DNA of 64,000 nucleotides from positions 13,664,001 through 13,728,000 of the forward strand of contig CP068257.2 in assembly GCA_009914755.4 (NCBI GenBank). The letters are read 5' to 3'. The stretch is from the human T2T-CHM13v2.0 reference genome, Homo sapiens. Shown one piece after another: positions 52,013 through 63,440 of the stretch. The notes beneath the pieces are model-generated. The model saw nothing but the letters and a program-made list of their open reading frames with translations, was not told the DNA's origin and made no database searches. Positions within the stretch are counted from its first letter, which is position 1, and each line of letters opens with the position of its first letter. A program made the position numbers and the translations under genes.

Positions 52013-54777
52013 ATGTTTTCTTTCCATTTATGAATTTCCACTTTCAGGAAGAGTTTTTAAAAAGTCAACAAACTCTTCCTGTTGTTCATGTGCTGATTAT
52101 AGAGAATGTGTCTCTGTTCAAGGTTTAAATTTCCTTTTTGAGATTCTCAGTGTGACCTTCAATTATTTCTGTTGGGGCAATGACTAGAAATTCTTTAAAA
52201 TAAAATAGTAACTGGTTGGGCCATGTGGATGTACTGCTCTGTGGGACATGGAGTAACTTACAAGTTAAGGATATGAGTAACACAGAAGATAACTCTGTGT
52301 TGGTGGTGCTGAATTTTGTTAGAGAACAAACCTCACCGAGGCTGACTTCAGCTCTACTATAAACATGCAAAGCAAGAAAATTGCATGTGTTTTGGACATA
52401 CTTTGTAAGGCACCATAAGGTCTATTTCAAGAAACTAACATAACAACGGGTGATACTAAATGCTACTGAGGAACTTGCAATATTTTGCACATATGGACTG
52501 ACTATGTGGCAGCATATATAAATATTTCGTTTGCTAATTGCAGTTAGTTATCAGATTGCACATGAACAGACAGAATGACATATGAGAAGTTCCAAGAACA
52601 TTGTGTAACAGGACATACAACTGAAATATAGTTTTCTCACACTTGGTGAGATTTGAGCTCAGCAAACACAACTTATTCTGTATTCATTCATTAAGATTAA
52701 AATATTTAAAAAATCACCAAATTGAGAACATCGTTATGTTGTCATGTTCGAGGACCAATGCCAAAAAGAATGTGAGAAACTAGAGCTTAAGAGCCACCAG
52801 CTCACAAGTTGCTTGACATAATTTGGAATCAGTTGATAGTTCAATATCTGGTTTCCCCAAAAATTAAGTACCCAATACCTCTTTTTATCATTTTGGAGCT
52901 TAACTGATGAGCTAGTTAGAAAGGAGAGAAAGCAGAAAACAGAATAATTTTTAAAATCACAAAATCTCTAAAAACTGAAATTTCAAGTCAACTCTTTATA
53001 ATTTTCAAGGCAAAACTGACAGAATTAGAAATGTTTACCATTGGAAGAGAAGCAACCATAAAAAATAACTTAATGCGCTTCCTGTTTTATAGATTTATAC
53101 ATCCATCTCCCATAGATAAAGTGTCTCTCCAAGATCCCAAGTCTAGTTTGTCAAGGATAGGATTCGAATTCTTACCTCCTAGACTTGTGCTTTCTCCAGC
53201 TTTGCATGCTCTCTTGATTACTATTAAACCTTTTCGGTTTATCTCTAGAATATGACTTGGAAGCCAAGGTGGTTTTGTGAAATGGGTCTGAGTTTTTCCA
53301 TTGATGATATTTGAGTTCAAATCCTGGTTCAGTTTCATTGCCTTCATCTAGAAAAATGATAATTAGACCTTGTTTTCAAAAATAATTTTAACATTAGAAA
53401 CGAAGTACGTACAATGCCTCAAACCTAAGATGTTCTGAAAATGGTAGCTGTTATTATCATTGCATCTTTGAGGCCTGGGTACTTAGTATGGACTCAATAA
53501 ACAAATGACAGAATAAATGAAAAAAATAACAGATCACATAAGAATGAGTAAGTGAATGAATGACAATAGTAAGAATTGCCACTAAAAGATAAATGAAGAG
53601 GCCTGTGAATATTTTCTTTGGGTTCTCTCCATGTATTAGAAATGCTTTGTTTCCTTTTTGATTTCACTCATTCATCAAGTATGTTCTTTTAGCCTCTGTA
53701 GTGCTAGAAAACATGACCCAGAAAATTAGAAAATCAAAATGCACCGAATGGCTCAAAAATGTATATCAGCTCAGCACAGCCTAAATTGGAAAATCTAATT
53801 GAACACCTATCCAAACAGAGTTTTGTAAACCTTACCTGCACTAACTATTCAAACTCAAGCAGAAAACCTCTCCTAGGAATAGGCCAATTTAATTAATTTT
53901 ACTAAGTAGTAGAGGGCAACATGGCCTTGTGCCAGGGTATTCCTTTTTACTTTTTAAATGAGTGTACACAAACGTACCCCTGGTACCATTTCAACAACCT
54001 CCTTAATCAAACTGCCTGTAGAAACTGGGAGTCTCCAATGTTAACTTTGCTAAGGTGTCTTTAAGACCAGAGAACAAGGAAGAGTCGGCAGTAGTACCCT
54101 GGAAATGCTAAATGAAACACTCTTCCTTATGTTCTTCAGAAGCTAAACTTTTACTACATAAAGTTCGAGATGAGGCAGCAGAGTGATCATAAACAATAGC
54201 TTTGCTGAGCTCTTCAACCCACATAATTTTCTAGCAAATAAAAGATGTAGAAGACCTGTGTGAGAGGAATATTCTACTTTAAAACGATGTGGCCTGAAAA
54301 TTGAGGAATAAGTGAGATATCCTTTTTAATACTCCCTTAGTACTCCAGTCTTTTTAAAAAGCAAAGAAGTAACAAGGCAGGATGAAATACAAGAGAGCAA
54401 ACCTGCATGGAAATTTGTATAAGAGCTTTTAAGAATATTGATATTTTTCTGCTATAGAAGAAATACTTGCACATTAAAAACAATAGGAATGAGAAGAAAA
54501 AAATTTTAAAAAAGGGAAAATCCTAAAACTTTATTTCATAAATACAAAGCCGATCTTGGTGGTTTTTTTGTCAGCTTTGAAAAAAAATCAACTTAATTGA
54601 GGCATAATTTTCATATAATAAAATGCACCACTTTTAAGTGTATATAGTTCAATGGTTTTTGATAAATGTGTACAGCAAGTAACCACCACCAAAGCAAAAA
54701 GTTCCTTCATTTTCCTAGGAACTCAACTTTACACCCTTATCCTTGGCCCTTGGCAGTCACCAATATGCTTTCTTTCT

Positions 54778-55083
54778 CTCTCTCTCTCTTTTTTTTTTTT
54801 TGAGATGGAGTCTCGCTCTGTCGCCTGGGTTGGAGTGCAGTGGTACCATCTCGGCTCACTACAACCTCCTCCTCCTGGGTTCTAGCGATTCTCTGGCCTT
54901 AGCCTCCTGGGTAGCTGTGACTAAAGGCACCCGCCACTATGACTGTCTAATTTTTGTATTTTTAGTGGAGAAATTGTTTTGCCATGTTGGCCAGGCTTGT
55001 CTTGAACTCCTGACTTCAAGTGATCCACCTGCCTCAGCCTCCCAAAGTGCTGGAATTACAGGCATGAGCCACCGTGCCTGGCC
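54778..55083 (-). mobile_element. Alu SINE, minus orientation, tail converted to (TC)n plus poly-T, with about 17-bp TSD
   Basis: 'tctctctctctc' + poly-T + 'gagatggagtctcgctctgtcgcctgggttggagtgcagtggtaccatctcggctcactacaacctcctcctcctgggttctagcgattctctggccttagcctcctgggtagctgtgactaaaggcacccgccactatgactgtctaatttttgtatttttagtggagaaattgttttgccatgttggccaggcttgtcttgaactcctgacttcaagtgatccacctgcctcagcctcccaaagtgctggaattacaggcatgagccaccgtgcctggcc'. The direct repeat 'caatatgctttctttct' (54761-54777) matches 'caatatactttctatct' (55084-55100). Confidence 0.95.
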
Positions 55084-55127
55084 CAATATACTTTCTATCT
55101 TTATAAATTGTTTTCCCTTTTGTAGAG

Positions 55128-56260
55128 TTGCATATAAATGAAATCATACAGTACCTATTCCTTTAGGTCTGCTTCTTTTTCTCAGCATGTTTTTGATGTT
55201 CACTTATGTTGTAGTATATATTACAGATTTGTGGTTTTTTTGTTTCCAAGAAGTATTTCATTGTATGGATAGACCACAATTTATTTCTATATTTATCTCT
55301 TGATAGACTGTTGGTTTCTAGTTTTTTCCTATTATGACCACAATTCCTATGAATATTCATGCATAAGTCTTCATGTGAATATATGTTTTCATTTCTCTTG
55401 GGTAAATACCTAAGAGTAGAATTGCTGAGTTGTATAAGTGAATGTTTAAGCTCATAAAAAGAACCTGCCAAATTTTTTCCCAAGTGGTTGCAAAATTTTA
55501 CTTTTCCCAATAGTAGCAAGAATATTTTCAGTTGCTTTGTATCTTCAACGACACTCTGCACCACCTATTATTTCAATTATTTGCCTTTTCCTGATGACTA
55601 ATGATGTTAAGCAACTTTTTATGTTATTGTTCATTTGTACATTTTCTTTTGTGAGCCTTCTGTTCAAATCTTCTGGCTGTGTTAAAAGTTGTTTGCCTTA
55701 TTGAGTTGTAGGAGTTCTTAATGTATTCTGGTTATAAATTATTTGTCAGAAATAAGTATTGTCAATATTTTCTCCCAATCTGTGGCTTGCCTTTTAATTT
55801 CTAAATGGTGTCTTGCAAAGACTGTAAGTTTTTAATTTAAATGAAATCTAATTCATCATTTTTTCTTTTAAGACTCATTTTTTGTCCTAAAAATTTTTGC
55901 CTATCCAATCATATAAATGTTTTGCTCCGTATTTCTTCTAAAAGTTGTAGCAAAAACTCCAAGCAATACTTTAACTGTATGCATTAAATTTTAATATGTT
56001 TCATTGTCATTTATATTCAATTTATTCTTTGTAGTTAACTTGTTATTTCTCCTTTGATTCATGGCTTACCTGGTGGTGTGTTTTTAGGGCTCCAAAAGTT
56101 TAGGAATGTTTAAAATATCTTTTCATCTAGATTTCTAGATTGATTTTGTTGTAGTTAGAAATCATACTCCATATGGTTTCAATGATTTGAAATATTAAGG
56201 CTTTTTATGGCTCTGTATATTATCTATCTTGGTGAATGTTATCTTAGAAGAAAGAGACTA
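55128..56260 (-). mobile_element. Old L1 (L1MB/L1MC-type) 3' portion, minus orientation
   Basis: 'aaatgaaatcatacagtacctattcctttaggtctgcttctttttctcagcatgtttttgatgttcacttatgttgtagtatatattacag...gtatttcattgtatggatagaccacaatttatttctatatttatc...gtaaatacctaagagtagaattgctgagttgtataagtgaatgtttaagctcataaaaagaacctgccaaattttttcccaagtggttgcaaaattttacttttcccaatagtagc' is the reverse complement of the L1M ORF2 3' region ('...aatacctaggagtggaattgctgggtcatatgg...aactgccaaactgttttccaaagtggttgtaccattttacattcccaccagcaatg'). Confidence 0.75.
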
Positions 56261-56337
56261 GAAAAAAAAAAGAAATCTCAATCTTTCTTCAACTTTCCAG
56301 TAGATAAACTTGTTTCAATATGAAATATCAATTATAG

Positions 56338-56560
56338 ATTGAGTATCCTTTATCTACCATGCTTAGGACCAGAAATGTTTTGGATTTAGGATATTTTTAG
56401 ATTAAGAGATATTTGCATATGCATAGTGAGGTATCTTGGAGATGAGACCTAAGTCTAAACACAAAATTCATTTATGTTCCATATACACCTTACACATATA
56501 GTCTGATTAGGGATGCCTAACCCTGTATAAAATGACACAGCATGAAATTAAAATTTTGCT
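56338..56560 (+). repeat. Interspersed repeat of the 'GATTGAGTATCCCTTATCC...' type (DNA-transposon-like; exact family uncertain)
   Basis: 'gattgagtatcctttatctaccatgcttaggaccagaaatgttttggatttaggatatttttagattaagagatatttgcatatgcatagtgaggtatcttggagatgagacctaagtctaaacacaaaattcatttatgttccatatacaccttacacatatagtctgat' parallels a frequent human repeat consensus 'gattgagtatcccttatccaaaatgcttgggaccagaagtgttttggattttggattttt..ggaatatttgcatata.ataatgagatatcttggggatgggacccaagtctaaacacgaaattcatttatgtttcatatacacctta'. Confidence 0.4.
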
Positions 56561-59500
56561 AAATTCATATGTATTAATAATTCTAAGAATATGAAATTAA
56601 CTTGCAAATAGCATAATATATAGTAAATATTTGAAGATTTGTCTCAGAATAATAAATCAACAAAATGGACTTTGCCAAGTCTAATCTCACATTAAAATGT
56701 GAGTATTTTTGGAGAATACATAGCTTTATTCTCACATCTTTTAGTAGTATTACTTTGCCAAATAACCTGTCTTTCACAAAACTCTTTTAAAAAGAAGTAT
56801 TCTGAACATTTGGCAGAAGTTTTAAACAATATGAGCCCAAAAGAAAGCTTATCTGACCAGAGTAGTTGGGAGCTGGTCAAATATGTTTATTTCATATAAT
56901 CTTTAATAAAATTCTTTCCATGTCAAGAAAAAATTTCAGGAAAATCAGCTATTATATAACTGAAAAGTTTTATCTCACCAAAATAGTTGAAAAGTAGCAA
57001 CAATTTGAGGTTAAGAGAGCATTCTACTAAATTCCCAAAGCTTCAGTGATGAAATAAGATTATAAAAAATAATGAGTGGTAGAAAGAAGGATGAATTTTC
57101 TACAGCAGATTTTACGGTCTTGTGGGAAATGAGACCATGTCTTCTCCATTACTTGCTAGCCAAGTATACACTCCCAGGTAGCAGGATTTCAGTGAACTCT
57201 GGCGGGCTATTAGACAATAAAATGAAACTATGTGCTAGCCAAAAATCACAAGTGACCACAATGGGAAGAGGTTGAATGAGGCAGCACAGCAGGGAACGGT
57301 TTGGATGCCATGTTGGGAGAAGAATGTTAGAAGCAAATTTTTCAGTGCCGCAAAAATGAAAGAATAGCACTCAAGTATAAATTTTCTCAGCAAGGCAATT
57401 TTACTTCTATAGAAGGGTGCATCTTGCAGGTGGAGCAATGGCAAGAGCACACCTGAACAAGGGAGGGAAAAAAAAGGGGTTTTTATTCCTGATGCAGGTA
57501 GCCCCTACTGCTGCATCATTCCTCTATTGGCTACGGTTGGACCACACAGTCTAAGCTAATTCCAGTTGGCTGCTTTAAAGAGAGCAGAGGTATGAGTTGG
57601 AGTGGTGGGGTGAGTAGTTTGGCAGGAAGAACGGTTACAGAACAGGTGACTCAGGATGAGTCAGGATGGAGCAGGTGACAGGGGTGACTCAGGTCAAAGC
57701 AGGTGACCAGGGGAACAGATGTGAACTACCGATTAGAACTGGTGGGAAAGTTGTTTACAGAAACTAGAGGCAAGGGGGCAAAGAGAATCAGGAAGTTAAA
57801 CTTTAAAATGGAGAACAGATAATAAGAGAGCTGAGCATACTGACATACTGATTCTCTGAAGAGAAACTTGGAGTTCACTATATTTAACAAGAACAACCTT
57901 TGTCTGGGCCTGACAGCTACTGTACATAATTTACTTTTTCAGTAAATGTATCTGGGATTCTTCTCCAAACTATTCGTAGATTTTCCACCATTTGAATATT
58001 CCTTTTGAGTCCTCTATTGATGCCATGAAATTATATCTGTTAGGAGTCCACAATATTAAAAATCTTGAGTGGAAAGAGGGAAATAAAAAAGGATCTTTGC
58101 TTTCTTTTAAATTCAAATTAGCTTCCTCAAGCCACAGCTGGAATAGATTATTCTTGACCTTTCTTTAAGTCATAATTTATTTCTTTACAAGTCCCCACCA
58201 TCAAAGTTTTCAGGACAGTAAGAAAAATGTCTGCTTCACAGAGTGGAGGACATGATTTGCAACAAACCATAATGATGATTTGCAACAAATTTGGGATTCT
58301 TTCCTCGTAGTTTTTCAAAATCATCAGGCTGATCACAATCATATTCAGCTAGTAAATTTGCTTTGGTTTCATCCTCTTTTACCCTTTCTTCTCCTGATTA
58401 TCTATAAATTCTGACTTTTTCTGTGACCAACCTGATTATTACATAAAGTAATGCCTGTAAGCTAATAGTTCACATGTTTTCAATGCTACCTGTTTTTTAG
58501 AAACTATATGCTGTTGTGAAAGGAAAATATCTTGGGCCCCCAAAATCACTAAGGAAAACTCAAACTGGAAACTGCTTAGGGCAAACCTGCCTCTCATTCT
58601 ATTCAGAATTATCTGTCTGCTCACTGACATGGATGCCTATCTGATTGCCTCCTTTGTAAAGGCTAATCAGAAAGTCAAAAGAATGCAACCTATTCTTTTG
58701 TGTCTCTCATCTGTGACCTGGAAGCTCCCTCCCCACTTCCAGTCTTCCTGCCTTTGCTTCAAGTTGTCCCACCTTTCGAGGCCGAACCAATGTACTTCTT
58801 ACATATATTGATTGATGTCTCTTGTCTCCCTAAAATGTACAAAACCAGGCTGTGCTCCGACCACCTTGGGCACATGTTGTCAGGATTTCCCAAGGCTGTG
58901 TCATAGGCACGTCATCAACCTTGGCAAAATAAACTTTCTAAATTAACTGTGACCTGTCTCAGATTTTCTGGGTTCACACCGTTATTTATGCTCACAACAC
59001 ATCAGCAACCCCATGTAGCTGATGAGAAAACTAAGTCTAACCGATATCAAATTACACGTGCATACAAAAATAGTAATTGAAAAAATCATGTCTTGGGTTC
59101 AGGGCTCTTTGATTCCAGTCTGCTAAAAACAGATGTGACTAATTCAGACTTTCATTCACTCATTTGTTTATTCATTCATTCACATTAAGCACCCATTATA
59201 TAGTAGGAAATATTCAAGATATTCAAGAAATGTAAAGGCATAAAAATGAATTAAAAAACACATTCTTACATCAAAGAGTTCACAATCTTTAAATAATTAA
59301 GTGAGAAAAAAGTTTTCAGCCTTGTGCATGTGATGAAATCACCTCCTTTTATTGTTTAATATGCCTGCTTAGATTTGACTAATGTATTTTTTAAAAAAAC
59401 ATTGTGCTGTGTTTTAGGTTAACTTTGCACCTGAAAAGAGAACAGTTACCTCTTAAAATTAGAGAACTATTGTATCTAATTGTGTAGGTAGTTACTATGG

Positions 59501-59686
59501 GAATGATTTTATGTAAATTTTATTTTATTATATCAGATTAAGCTAGTGATTAGGTAGGTGGTTTGCAGAGATACTAAGAGCCATTTCTCTAAAAGCTAGA
59601 AAAAGGAAAGCTGGGAAGTCAAGTAAGTAATAGTGGTTACAGTGTTTATTTTTAAATTTTTCTTTCTTTATTCATTTTTAAAATTT

Positions 59687-59973
59687 TTTTTTAGAAGCAG
59701 CATTTTGCTGTGTGCCCAGGCTGGGGTGCAGTCCTTTAATCATAATTCATGCAGCCTCAACTTCCTGGGCTCAAGCGATCCTCCCACCTCAGCCTCTTGA
59801 GTAGCTGGGACTACAGGCATATGGTGACATGGCTGGCTAGTTTTTTGATTTTCTTGTAGAGACAGGATCTGACTACATTGCTCTGGCTGGTCTTGAACTC
59901 CTGACCACAAGCCATCCTCCCACCTCGGCCTCCCAAAATGCTGAGATAACAGGCCTGAGGCATCATGCCTGGC
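59687..59973 (-). mobile_element. Old Alu (AluJ-like), minus orientation
   Basis: Poly-T then 'agaagcagcattttgctgtgtgcccaggctggggtgcagtcctttaatcataattcatgcagcctcaacttcctgggctcaagcgatcctcccacctcagcctcttgagtagctgggactacaggcatatggtgacatggctggctagttttttgattttcttgtagagacaggatctgactacattgctctggctggtcttgaactcctgaccacaagccatcctcccacctcggcctcccaaaatgctgagataacaggcctgaggcatcatgcctggc'. It is heavily diverged with few CpGs. Confidence 0.85.
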
Positions 59974-60758
59974 TACAGGGTTTTTTAACCCTCCCCAATC
60001 TAATGGCTTGGAGTTGAAGTGTTATGAATTGTTATGTGTAAGTGTGGATAATGCAACACAAGAATCCAGGTAAGAGACAGAAACAAAAACAGATACAAGA
60101 TTAAAGAATACTCAGTGTCCTTTGTACAGAAGGATTGTGTCCTTCCAGCCAGTCTTCCTGTCAGTAAGATGTTGAAAACTCAGAATGCCCATCAAAATAC
60201 TACATCTGGGTTTAGATCTCAGGCAAATCAAAGTGGAGCAAACTCCTTCGTACTTTGCAAATAACTTATCACAAGAACTTGAGTTCTGGATCCTAAAAAC
60301 TGGGAAGACTAATAGAAGAAAAAGTAAAGGAAGTAAAGAAAGAGGGTTTCTTTTACCTCTTTTGAATGCAGAGATGATCTTAGGCAACATTTGAAACAGA
60401 GTATGCTTTTGTGTTTTTTAACAGTTTTATTGAGACATAATCTACCTACCATATAATTCACCCATTTAAAGTGTATCATTCAGTAGCTTTTAGGATATTC
60501 ACAGCATTGTGCAAACAACACAACAATCAATTTTAGAACTTTTTAAGAAAAGCACCACAGAAAGAAACCCTGTATTCCTTAGCCAATACCCTCCAATCCC
60601 TGCTTGCTTACTCTAGTACTAGCCAACCACTAACCTACTTTCCATCTCTCTAGATTTGCCTGTTCTAGACATGTTATATAAATGGTATCAAAAATATGTG
60701 GTCCTTTGTAACTGCCTTCTTTCACTTAGCATGAGGTTTTCCAGGTCAGTACATGCTA

Positions 60759-60789
60759 CAAAAAAACAAAACAAAACAAAACAAAAAAC
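60759..60789. repeat. (CAAAA)n microsatellite
   Basis: 'acaaaaaaacaaaacaaaacaaaacaaaaaac'. Confidence 0.9.
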
Positions 60790-60869
60790 TCTTTATTTCT
60801 TTTTATGGCCAACTAATATAAAAAGAAACTTCATTTCTTTTTGTGGCTAAATAATATTTCATTGTTATG

Positions 60870-61110
60870 TATACAACATGTTTTATTTATACATCCATCA
60901 CTGAGGCACATTTTTGGGGGGTTGTTTCCACTTTTTGGCTATTTTAAATAAAGCTGCTACAAATATTTAACTCTAAGTTTTTACATGGACATATATTTTC
61001 AGTTCTCCTCAGTACATGGCTAGGAGTGGAATTGCTGGGTCATATGGTAATTCTTTGTTAATTTTTTAAGAAACTGCCACTTTTTTCCAAAGTGTTCGGA
61101 CAATTTAGCA
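60870..61110 (-). mobile_element. Short L1M fragment (ORF2 3' region), minus orientation
   Basis: '...ttgtttccactttttggctattttaaataaagctgctacaaatatttaactctaagtttttacatggacatatattttcagttctcctcagtacatggctaggagtggaattgctgggtcatatggtaattctttgttaattttttaagaaactgccacttttttccaaagtg' parallels L1M antisense '...ttggctattatgaataaagctgctatgaacattc...acctaggagtggaattgctgggtcatatggtaa...aactgccaaactgttttccaaagtggt'. Confidence 0.6.
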
Positions 61111-61955
61111 TTTAGCAAAGTGCTTCACAAGCATTATCTCCAATGTGTTTTTTAAATTACTTCTTGGGAAAAATAAGTATGGAAGGCAGAATAGCGCATA
61201 CAGTTTAACTTCTGCTTTCTATGTCCTGACACTATCTTTGGAGAAAGGTGACACTATCTTTAGAGAAGAGGTCGGATTTAGAAGATATGCTTTCAAGTCT
61301 CAGTTCCATATCCAGTAAGCTGGATGACTTAATAGATACTTAACTTTTCCTTGACTCAGTGTATGCATCTGTGAAATTGGAATATTGAAGTACTCCACCT
61401 GTTTTACATGATTGTTTTAATGGTGAAAAATAACAGATTTGAAAAGATTAATATGCTGTGGAATTGTAGGGCTGCAAAATTATTATTATTATATCTATTA
61501 TCTATTTAAAGAATCGTGCAAATTTTTTTACTTATACTTAAATTTCCTTGCACTTATTCCCTGTTTTTTAAAAGATACCTGTTATTTTTTCTCTTAATTT
61601 TTTATGGGTTTTGCTCATCACTTTCTAAAGAACCCCAAGTAAGGGGTTTGTGATTAATTACACACGATGATGGAATAAAGTATTTAGGGATGAGAGCACC
61701 TTAATTTAATAACTGACCTTGATTTACAGACAAAATGTAATGCATTTTAAGGTAGAAGTCTGACTTAGCACAATGCCTGCCCTTCAAATTTGATGTCTCC
61801 TAGTATGTGCATTAATAATATGAAAGCTGTCAGTCAGACGGTTCTGATTGAAAATATCCTCCCAGTTGATTCACTGTCAACATTTCAGTCCCCTGAATAA
61901 ACTCTCTTTTATACACAAAATCTAGAACAGGTTGCTTTCTGTATTTTTTCAAAAG

Positions 61956-61978
61956 GTTTTTTTTTTCTTTTTTTTTTT
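61956..61978. repeat. T-rich tract (T10 C T12)
   Basis: 'ggttttttttttctttttttttttcgag'. Read on the minus strand this is an A-rich tail 14 nt downstream of an ATTAAA. Confidence 0.9.
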
Positions 61979-63010
61979 CGAGTTTAAACTTTTAATGGAT
62001 TGAGCAGCCCTCGCCTAACAATCCCAGTGTGCCCTTTGGGGAAAGATTTCCATTTGCCTACTCTTTATAGCAATGCTCCTGAGCCCTCTGTGGCTTGTTT
62101 CCCTTGGAGACCATATTCCACGGTTGAGAGACCCTGTGATAGAATAATCTGATGACTGTGGCGTGGCCGAGGTCTGATGTGTAGAAGTCATTGTACCAGT
62201 TGACGGTTCGGTTGCTCTTTTACATTTTCTGGAGGAACTAGGTTGGAAAGAAAAACATGGAGGCAGAAAGCATGAATGATTTTTGTAGGTTTGGTCTTCT
62301 TAAAGCTGGCTTTGTATCTGTTGGAGATGACAGACGGGAGAGGGCTGATCCAGGAAGAACTGTTATTTCTGTAATTAAAAAGAAGCAGAATCAGAAGAGA
62401 AGAGCCATTGTTCAGGCTGGGTTGGAATTACAGTACATGCTTAATTACCAGCCTTTTTTCCTAGTTATTTTAATGTTTTATTAATCCTGTTCCTCAAAAT
62501 ATCTTCTTTCATTTACAACCACTGACAGAAAAAAAAATGTGACAATTTGTTTTCCTTTGTGCTTGGTAGATGGCATTCTCTAACACTATGGGTCAACATG
62601 ACCTTAACTTGAGTTTTATTATGTGATACCTACAATGGTGTCTTATCCGTGCCTCCTACTCTTTTGTGTTTATATAATTTTTTTAAATTACTGTGGATCA
62701 GTGGACCTTAACCCTTAGAAGTCAAAAATCAAATTTTGAGTGGTTAGCAGTTATTTGCTTACATTTCTTCTGAACTGAAATTACAAAAAAAAATCACTTT
62801 TTTGGGGGGAGAGAGGGATAAAAAGTGAAGGAATTAATTGGTAACTAGTGGTGTTCATATGAATTCACTTACCATCTCAACTTCAAATAACTAAAACCTT
62901 GTTAAGGAAATAAATTGGATGTATTAAGGTGAGGCTAAAGTATTGGAGGATATTTACAAAGAAGACTAATCTACTTTGGAGATATTTTTAATATAGATGA
63001 GTTTTACTTC

Positions 63011-63440
63011 AGTGGTTCTCAAAATGGAGTCCCCATACTGGCAACAGCAACCGAACCTGGGAACTTGTTGGGCATGTAAATTCTCTGGTTCCACCCACAA
63101 CTACTGAAGCAGAGTTTGTGGAAATGGGATCCAGTAATCTTTTGTGTTAACATCCTTTTCAGGGGATTTTGATGTTTAGGAGTTACTCCTCAGCTCATTG
63201 ATTCTCAAACTGGCTTTACAGAAGAATCACGTGGAGAACTTTCCAATACATCAATGCTCAGGTTTTGCCCAAGACCACTTACATGAGAATCTTCTGGGAG
63301 TTGAAACCGGGCATATTTTTTACAGACTCCCCAATTGATCCTAAAGAGCAGCCAGGCCAGGGTACAGAAGAATATATCTCAACCCTAGTTGCACTTTACA
63401 ATTTCCTAGGGAGATTTCAAAATGTCCTGATCTCAAGGTA
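63011..63440 (+). mobile_element. hAT-type non-autonomous DNA transposon(s) (MER-group MITE; one or two adjacent/nested copies)
   Basis: 'cagtggttctcaaaatggagtccccatactggcaacagcaaccgaacctgggaacttgttgggcatgtaaattctctggttccacccacaactactgaagcagagtttgtggaaatgggatccagtaatcttttgtgttaacatccttttcaggggattttgatg' parallels consensus 'cagtggttctcaaagtgtggtccccggaccagcagcatcagcatcacctgggaacttgttagaaatgcaaattctcaggccccaccccagacctactgaatcagaaactctgggggtggggcccagcaatctgtgttttaacaagccctccaggtgattctgatg'. A second, partial unit follows ('...cccaagaccacttacatgagaatcttctgggagttgaaaccgggcatattttttacagactccccaattgatcc...'). Confidence 0.5.

Noticed and set aside
62000-62160. 52-codon stop-free frame on the minus strand ending about 85 nt before an ATTAAA-A-tail (possible coding 3' end of a retrocopy)
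   Set aside because: It is rejected as a CDS call. The frame is closed by stop codons immediately upstream in all three frames, no initiator is present, and the peptide is unrecognised. A stop-free run of this length occurs by chance about 1 time in 12. It is kept only as a retrocopy hypothesis under findings.
62257-62484. 75-aa ORF (+) 'MEAESMNDFCRFGLLKAGFVSVGDDRRERADPGRTVISVIKKKQNQKRRAIVQAGLELQYMLNYQPFFLVILMFY'
   Set aside because: No recognisable homology, and it ends in AT-rich low-complexity sequence. If the minus-strand retrocopy hypothesis is right, this ORF is antisense to it.
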